From positions 352,001 through 416,000 of the forward strand of contig CAWBYW010000007.1 of the NCBI GenBank assembly GCA_963792965.1: a stretch of 64,000 nucleotides of DNA, given 5' to 3'. The notes below the pieces were generated by a model. That model had not been told where the DNA came from. It saw nothing but the letters and a program-made list of their open reading frames with translations, and did no database searches. The DNA is from an uncultured delta proteobacterium. GTDB taxonomy: Bacteria; Desulfobacterota; Zymogenia; Zymogenales; Zymogenaceae. Position numbers and translations under genes: made by a program. Below, in pieces: positions 57,990-64,000 of the stretch (its first letter is position 1; every line of letters starts with the position of its first letter).

Positions 57990-59972
57990 ATGGATTTACC
58001 TTCTTGTATCAAGAAAAGCGCCTTTTTGATCTTTGGAATTTTTATCTTTATTTCCCCGTGCCCGGCACAGGACTTCATCCCATCGCCGAGCGCCGACATG
58101 GGCGGGAGCATCGATACCTCGTCCGTGCCTCCGGTCTCGCCCTCGGTCCGAAAGGAATTCTACTATTACGATGAGGCGTGGTTTCCCTTCTCGATTACTC
58201 TGTCGGAGAGAAACAGGATCGAGGCCCTGAAGCTCCTCGATTCGCTCTATGCGGCGAAGCTCGACTATGGGGACAAGAACACCTCTTTCTACTCGTACGC
58301 CCTCCTATCTCTCTCCAGAGGACTGGAAGACGAAGGGGATACGGACACCGCCTCAAAGTTGATCGACGAAGCCCTCAAGCTCTCGCCGGATATTCCCAAA
58401 CTTTACTTCTATAAGGCAGCCTTCACCTGGAGAAACGAGCCGGGACGCCTGTATGACATCGTCAACCTTTACGTCACCGGCATAAGGCTTGCCGCCGACG
58501 ACATCACGATCGTCTCGACGCTTTCAGCGAATCTCGCGCTCTCTATCATCATCACGATCTTGGCGATCTTCGGCCTCTTTTCGCTTTCGCTCGCCATGAA
58601 GTATCTCCTCCTGGCCTCAAACGACATCAAGGAGCGGTTCGAGTGGGATATCCCGCTGCTGCTCTTCTCCGCGTTTATCGCCGTGCTTCTCGTTTTTCTC
58701 TTTTCGCTAGCCATCGGCGTAATCTGGCTCATAATTGTGCTTAATCTCGTCTTTCTCGTCTACTATACAAAGACCGAAAAAAGGATCTTCGGCGCTTTTT
58801 ACGTCCTGATCATTGCCAGTCCCCTTATCCTTAATTACACGGCGACCCTCATGCTCTCAACGCACCAGGACGCCCTGGACGATTTGATCCAGATCAAGGA
58901 GGATACCTACACGCTGGCCACGGAAAAGAACCTCACGAACTGGGTGGCCGTAAACCCCGACGACACTGAAGCCCTCTTCACCCTCGGGCTGCTCAATAAA
59001 CGCACGGGTTATCTCGATTACGCCCGGAAAAATTACGAACGGGTGGTCGAGCTCGATCCTTCGTTCGCCCCCGCCCTTAACAACCTGGGCGCGGTCTATT
59101 TTATCGGCAAGGACTATTCCAGGGCCGAAGAGCTCTTCCATCAGGCCAATTCCGTCGACCCGAGCCTCGTGGCGCCCTATTATAATCTCTACAAGATTAG
59201 CATGACACGCTTTGACCTTAAGAACGCCGAGGACTATTATGACAAGGCGATGAAGCTCTCCCCGGACCGGATCACCGCGTTTCTCGACATCGAGGTCAAG
59301 GAGGAGCAGGGAGAGCCGACGTTTCTTGAGCGGACGAACAGGATGGTTCTCGACGAGGATATACCCGACTCACTGTTATGGAAACGGATGTTCTCCACCA
59401 GCGAGCCGGGGGATCTGGCCGCAGACCTTTTGGGCGGTATGATGAAAGGAATCGGTCTCAGGACCGCGCCCGTCATCGGGGTCGTAGGACTCATCCTCCT
59501 CTTTTTGGCCGGGTCACTATCCCGCAGGAGCGTCCTCTCCAAAGCCTGCAAGTTCTGCGGTCTCCCGTTCCTTCTGAAGTCCCAGCCCCACATGGAGCGC
59601 CGCGATTCATGCAACCGCTGTTTTTCGGTCTTTGTCCGGAAGGAAGGGATCGATCCAAGGACCAAGGCGGACCTCAGGATGAAAGTGGACAGAACCAACT
59701 CGCTCAGAAGGATCGCTCTGATCCTGACAAATATTGTTGTCCCCGGTTTCGGCAGGATATACCGTGGCAAAGTTCTTCGAGGATTCGTCTTTCTTTCCCT
59801 TTTCCTGGTCTTCTTTGTCCAACTGCTGACCCTTCACGGCATAGTCGTCTATCCGGTTAAGTCCGCGGGACTGCCGATCATTCATAATCCCTATCTCTAT
59901 GGGATCGTGTGTATTGTCGTATATGCGCTTGCCCAACAAGACTTCATCAGGTCTGAACGATCCGAGGTATAA
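57990..59972 (+). CDS. Membrane protein with TPR repeats and a CxxC...CxxC motif
   Basis: Signal peptide, TM bundle, TPRs (ALNNLG, PYYNL), CKFCG...CNRC, PGFGRIY. Confidence 0.85.
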   Translation: MDLPSCIKKSAFLIFGIFIFISPCPAQDFIPSPSADMGGSIDTSSVPPVSPSVRKEFYYYDEAWFPFSITLSERNRIEALKLLDSLYAAKLDYGDKNTSFYSYALLSLSRGLEDEGDTDTASKLIDEALKLSPDIPKLYFYKAAFTWRNEPGRLYDIVNLYVTGIRLAADDITIVSTLSANLALSIIITILAIFGLFSLSLAMKYLLLASNDIKERFEWDIPLLLFSAFIAVLLVFLFSLAIGVIWLIIVLNLVFLVYYTKTEKRIFGAFYVLIIASPLILNYTATLMLSTHQDALDDLIQIKEDTYTLATEKNLTNWVAVNPDDTEALFTLGLLNKRTGYLDYARKNYERVVELDPSFAPALNNLGAVYFIGKDYSRAEELFHQANSVDPSLVAPYYNLYKISMTRFDLKNAEDYYDKAMKLSPDRITAFLDIEVKEEQGEPTFLERTNRMVLDEDIPDSLLWKRMFSTSEPGDLAADLLGGMMKGIGLRTAPVIGVVGLILLFLAGSLSRRSVLSKACKFCGLPFLLKSQPHMERRDSCNRCFSVFVRKEGIDPRTKADLRMKVDRTNSLRRIALILTNIVVPGFGRIYRGKVLRGFVFLSLFLVFFVQLLTLHGIVVYPVKSAGLPIIHNPYLYGIVCIVVYALAQQDFIRSERSEV

Positions 59973-59987
59973 GAGGAGACAATAGCG

Positions 59988-61136
59988 GTGGCCCTCCAAG
60001 GTGATATAAAAGATTTCTCCGTTGTGGATATCCTGCAGCTTCTCTACCAACAGCAAAAGAGCGGCATCCTGAGCATTGCCGAGAAAGATAACGAGGTAGA
60101 GGTGCTCTTTGATCGAGGATCGATCGTCACGGCGTCGTTTAAGAAAAAGAGCCCGGACGAGAGCCTCGGCGAGATGCTGGTCAAAGCAAACCTTATCTCG
60201 CGCAAGCAATTGTCGAGCGCGCTGGAGACACAAAAGGAAACCCTCAAGAGACTCGGGGATATCCTCATCGAATCTGGATTTATCTCCATCGTCGATTTAC
60301 GACGCTTCCTGAAACTCCAGACCCATGAGACCATTTTTAAGCTCCTCTCCTGGAAGAAAGGTAACTATAACTTCAACCAGCGGCTGATAACGTACGACAA
60401 GAAGGCGATCGAACCGATAAACACCGAGCACTTCCTCATGGACAGCCTGCGGATGATCGACGAACTGCCCGACCTCAGGACGAAGGTCTACTCGTATAAC
60501 CTTGTCTTTGAGAAAATGCCCGGCGCCGACGAAGAGATGGGCATCTGGACCGTAAAGGACCACAGCGAGCACGCCGACGAGTCCAGTATTTTCGCGGAAG
60601 AGAAGAGCTCCGATAAGGGCCAGAAGGTGCTTTCCGCCGAAGACAAGAAGGTATTCGATCTTGTTGACGGCTCAAGAACCGTCCAGGATCTCTTCAACAT
60701 AGGAAGGCTTGGAGAATTCGAGACCATCAAAGCGCTCGTCTCCCTGATGGAAAAACAGCTCATTGACATCTCATTTGAGATAGAAGAGGAAAAGGCGAAG
60801 AAACCCGCTGTATCTCCTCAGGATGTTATATTTCAGGGGGTATTCTTTGTCATCTTCTTCATAATGATCGTCTTTCTGCTCTTTTCGTATCCCCGCATCG
60901 TCTCCAATTTCACCATATCCAGCGAGAGGAAGGCGACGTTCGATTACGCCCAGAGAATGACCCAGCAACAAAATGTGAGATACGCCCTTTCCACCTTTTA
61001 CCTGATAAACGGGAGATATCCGGACCAACTGGAAGAGTTGTCAAACAGCGGCTATCTGGAAAACATCAAATTCGGCTGGATAGACCTGTTTGACTACACC
61101 CCGTCACCTCAGGGTTACACACTCGAAATTAGGTAA
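59988..61136 (+). CDS. DUF4388 (PatA-N-like) domain protein with a C-terminal TM segment
   Basis: [19 protein letters not shown]...KSGIL, LGEMLV/LGDIL repeats, [17 protein letters not shown]. Confidence 0.87.
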   Translation: MALQGDIKDFSVVDILQLLYQQQKSGILSIAEKDNEVEVLFDRGSIVTASFKKKSPDESLGEMLVKANLISRKQLSSALETQKETLKRLGDILIESGFISIVDLRRFLKLQTHETIFKLLSWKKGNYNFNQRLITYDKKAIEPINTEHFLMDSLRMIDELPDLRTKVYSYNLVFEKMPGADEEMGIWTVKDHSEHADESSIFAEEKSSDKGQKVLSAEDKKVFDLVDGSRTVQDLFNIGRLGEFETIKALVSLMEKQLIDISFEIEEEKAKKPAVSPQDVIFQGVFFVIFFIMIVFLLFSYPRIVSNFTISSERKATFDYAQRMTQQQNVRYALSTFYLINGRYPDQLEELSNSGYLENIKFGWIDLFDYTPSPQGYTLEIR

Positions 61137-61141
61137 TACGA

Positions 61142-62137
61142 TTGGAAAGCACCGCAAAAATCGAATTTGACGATAATAATCTTGCGCGCAGCCTCTTCGG
61201 CGAAAACAATCATCACCTCACCCTAATCGAGAAGGACACCGGCACAAAAATATCCGCCCGTGGTGGGACGGTTGTCATCTCGGGAGGAAAAGATGAGGTT
61301 GAGATCAGCCAAAACCTGCTGACGCAGCTCTACGAGCTTATAAAGAAAGGATATCCGGTCTATTGGCCCGACATAGATTTTGCCCTCCGCATCATCAAGG
61401 CCAACCGAAAAGTGAACCTGAGAGATATCTTCCTGGATACCGTCTATATCTCCGCGAAGAAACGGCATATCACCCCCAAGAGCCTTGCCCAGAAGAAATA
61501 CATCCAGGACATCAGGAAGTATGACATCGTCTTCGGCATCGGACCGGCCGGCACGGGAAAGACCTACCTCGCCATGGCGATGGCCATGGACTGGATCGGC
61601 AAAGGTAAGATCGATCGCATCATCCTGACCCGCCCCGCCGTCGAGGCCGGAGAGAAACTTGGATTTTTGCCCGGCGACCTCTACGAAAAAATCAATCCTT
61701 ATCTGAGGCCCCTCTATGACGCTCTCCACGACATGATGGACTACGAACAGGCGCAGCGTCTCGTTCACAAGGGGGTTATCGAGGTGGCGCCTCTGGCCTT
61801 CATGCGCGGGAGGACCCTCAACGACTCGTTCATCGTCCTGGATGAAGCCCAGAACACGACGAGCGAGCAGATGAAGATGTTCCTGACGCGACTCGGCTAC
61901 AATTCAAAGACGGTAATCACCGGCGACATCACCCAGATCGACCTTCCCGAGGGAAAGAAATCCGGGCTCGTCGAGGCCAATGAGATCCTTTCCTCCATCG
62001 AGGGGATAAAGTTCTGCTATTTCTCCGAGGCCGACGTGGTGCGCCATCGTCTCGTCCGGGAGATCATCAAGGCCTATGACGGTAGAGAGTCCCGAAAAAG
62101 GGAGAGGAATTCCGACACCCATGAACCCGTGGACTAA
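61142..62137 (+). CDS. phoH: PhoH-like ATPase (YbeZ type)
   Basis: [45 protein letters not shown]. Confidence 0.96.
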   Translation: MESTAKIEFDDNNLARSLFGENNHHLTLIEKDTGTKISARGGTVVISGGKDEVEISQNLLTQLYELIKKGYPVYWPDIDFALRIIKANRKVNLRDIFLDTVYISAKKRHITPKSLAQKKYIQDIRKYDIVFGIGPAGTGKTYLAMAMAMDWIGKGKIDRIILTRPAVEAGEKLGFLPGDLYEKINPYLRPLYDALHDMMDYEQAQRLVHKGVIEVAPLAFMRGRTLNDSFIVLDEAQNTTSEQMKMFLTRLGYNSKTVITGDITQIDLPEGKKSGLVEANEILSSIEGIKFCYFSEADVVRHRLVREIIKAYDGRESRKRERNSDTHEPVD

Positions 62138-64000
62138 AATCAGCGAGGGGTACTGGCTCCTCATGAAGAAGCTTACTACCAATAAGCTCCTCAGGCCCCT
62201 GGCAAACTTCATCGACCAGGAGACCTACCGAAATCCAACGATTCAGCGGCTGTTGATGTTTGTCATCTTGGTGACCCTGATGGCCCTCATCATCACCCCG
62301 AGCTCCCGAATGCCGAGCCTCAAGTACAAAGTTGGAGATTTTGCGCAGACCGACATCAAGGCCAACAGGGATTATCTAATCACCGACAAGACCGCCACCA
62401 ATGCGTTGATCAAGGAAGCCGTCAACAAGATCCCCGCAGTTTACGATCTTGACGTCGACATCGAGAAAAAGATCTTCGACCATATCGATTCGGCCTTCGG
62501 CCGCATGATGGAAGTCTCCGCTTCCACGCAGGACGATGCAAAGCGTGATCTCCTCTTCGATCAAAACCGGGCGAAGTTCTATGAGCTGCTCGGAGTCAAG
62601 CTGCATGAAGATGCCTTTTCCGAGCTGAAGAAGCTGAGATTCAGACAGCAGATCGAAACCGCACTTAAGCTCCTCATGAAAGGCCTCTACGATCGATACG
62701 TCGTTGATTCTTACGGCGTCATCGTCCCGGAGATTCAGAAAAACGGCGTCGTCCTCGTCAACAGCCAGACCAGGGCGGAGACCCTCCTTCGTACCTCCGA
62801 CAACATTATTGACCTCGTCGACGCGCAAAAGGAGATGGAGAGAAGGGGGAACCGCATCAGATCAGCCTTTTCATCGAGTGTCGTCGCCGTTTCAGTCGAT
62901 CTGGCCGATCACCTAATCACGCCGAACGTCACCTACGATCTCGTCCAAACCGAGCGACGCCGGGATCTGGCGGCCGAGGGCGTTAAGCCCGTCACAATAT
63001 CCATCAAGAAAGGAGAAATGATCATCCGGGACGGGGCGGAAGTCCTCGATTACCATATAACCATCTTCCAGGGCATCATAGAGTCCCAGAAGGATTATAA
63101 CTTCCTTCTCGCGTACATAGGCATTTTTGCGTTCGTCGCTATCACGATCTATAGTACCTATGTCTTTGCAAACAGGAACATCAAGAAATTCAGCCTTTCC
63201 AATAAGGACATACTCTTCCTGGGCATCGCGATCATCTTTTTCTGTGCGTTTACTCGCTTTTTTATCTTCTTGTCCGGCTCCGTCTCGGACACCTTCACGC
63301 TCATCCCCGACGCCTCCTACAAATATGCCATACCGATTGTGGCCGGGGCGATGCTCGTCCGGATCGTCCTCAACTCGGAGGTCGCGGTCATCTATTCCAT
63401 CATCACCAGTATCTTTTACGGCATTATCATCGGCGGGGACATATTCTTTACAATCTATACCTTCATCGGCTCTATAGTGGGGGCCCACCTGGTCGCTCAG
63501 ACCAAACAACGCTCCACCATCGTCACCGCCGGAGTAATTGTCGGGACGATCAACGCCCTCTCAATCCTCTGCATCTATCTTTCGAAGCTCAACCTCCTCT
63601 CGACGGATATCCTGTCGAGCATCGGCTCGGACTACGAGACGGTGCTGTTTAACATGCTCATGGGCGTCCTGGGAGGAATCGCCTCCGCGGTAATTGTCCT
63701 TGGGATCACGCCGCTGGTGGAGCTCCTCTTCGGATACATTACCGATATTAAGCTCGTGGAACTCAGTAACCTTGAGCACCCTCTCCTGAAAGAGATGGTC
63801 ATCAGGGCGCCGGGGACCTATCACCACAGCATCATCGTAGGAACCCTTGCCGAGGCGGGATCGGCCGCGATCGGGGTCAATCCGCTCCTTGCCCGGGTCA
63901 GTGCCTATTATCACGATATCGGAAAGATCAGGAAGCCAAACTACTATATTGAAAATATCAGGAATAATCAAAATCCACACGATAAACTGACACCCCACAT
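62121..64000 (+). CDS. 7TM-HD (HDIG) membrane phosphohydrolase, PgpH-like; runs off the window
   Basis: ATG 62121 is in frame with APGTYHHS and YYHDIGK (about 63906-63926); extracellular domain then a TM bundle; canonical position after phoH. Confidence 0.9.
   Translation, partial: MNPWTKISEGYWLLMKKLTTNKLLRPLANFIDQETYRNPTIQRLLMFVILVTLMALIITPSSRMPSLKYKVGDFAQTDIKANRDYLITDKTATNALIKEAVNKIPAVYDLDVDIEKKIFDHIDSAFGRMMEVSASTQDDAKRDLLFDQNRAKFYELLGVKLHEDAFSELKKLRFRQQIETALKLLMKGLYDRYVVDSYGVIVPEIQKNGVVLVNSQTRAETLLRTSDNIIDLVDAQKEMERRGNRIRSAFSSSVVAVSVDLADHLITPNVTYDLVQTERRRDLAAEGVKPVTISIKKGEMIIRDGAEVLDYHITIFQGIIESQKDYNFLLAYIGIFAFVAITIYSTYVFANRNIKKFSLSNKDILFLGIAIIFFCAFTRFFIFLSGSVSDTFTLIPDASYKYAIPIVAGAMLVRIVLNSEVAVIYSIITSIFYGIIIGGDIFFTIYTFIGSIVGAHLVAQTKQRSTIVTAGVIVGTINALSILCIYLSKLNLLSTDILSSIGSDYETVLFNMLMGVLGGIASAVIVLGITPLVELLFGYITDIKLVELSNLEHPLLKEMVIRAPGTYHHSIIVGTLAEAGSAAIGVNPLLARVSAYYHDIGKIRKPNYYIENIRNNQNPHDKLTPH

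Noticed and set aside
1-64000. CRISPR array, transposase, integrase, prophage or rRNA
   Set aside because: No regularly spaced repeats and no recognisable mobile-element, phage or rRNA sequence seen by eye

Overview
GC-rich 64-kb chromosomal window from an anaerobic Desulfobacterota/Deltaproteobacteria-like bacterium (inferred from gene order, cytochrome c3, rubrerythrin and tungstate uptake). In order: a housekeeping superoperon on the minus strand (yceD-rpmF-fabK-fabD-fabG-acpP-rpiB-glyA-dCMP deaminase-nrdR-ribDE-ribBA-ribH-nusB) that lacks the usual plsX/fabH/fabF; a tungstate-uptake and pterin-cofactor operon (tupABC, two moeA, moaA, moaC, MOSC, mog) behind a Moco/Tuco-type riboswitch, followed by three phosphatase genes; a Fur/PerR oxidative-stress cluster; a TetR-SDR-ThDP enzyme-DASS transporter-DUF819 catabolic operon; tRNA-Met and tRNA-Val, the latter followed by a hairpin-rich non-coding segment; a lipid-flavoured redox region; and mazG, TPR/DUF4388, phoH and a 7TM-HD gene running off the end. 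The best candidate for an undescribed system is at 48.2-55.0 kb: a MerR regulator followed by three tandem phytoene-desaturase/retinol-saturase-family flavoproteins with lipoprotein-type signal peptides and a tetraheme cytochrome c3, then a NusG-domain-II protein. This looks like an extracytoplasmic, cytochrome-coupled C=C redox module. Eleven genes carry small indels, mostly in short G/C runs; these are probably long-read assembly errors. All family assignments come from motif recognition by eye, not database searches.
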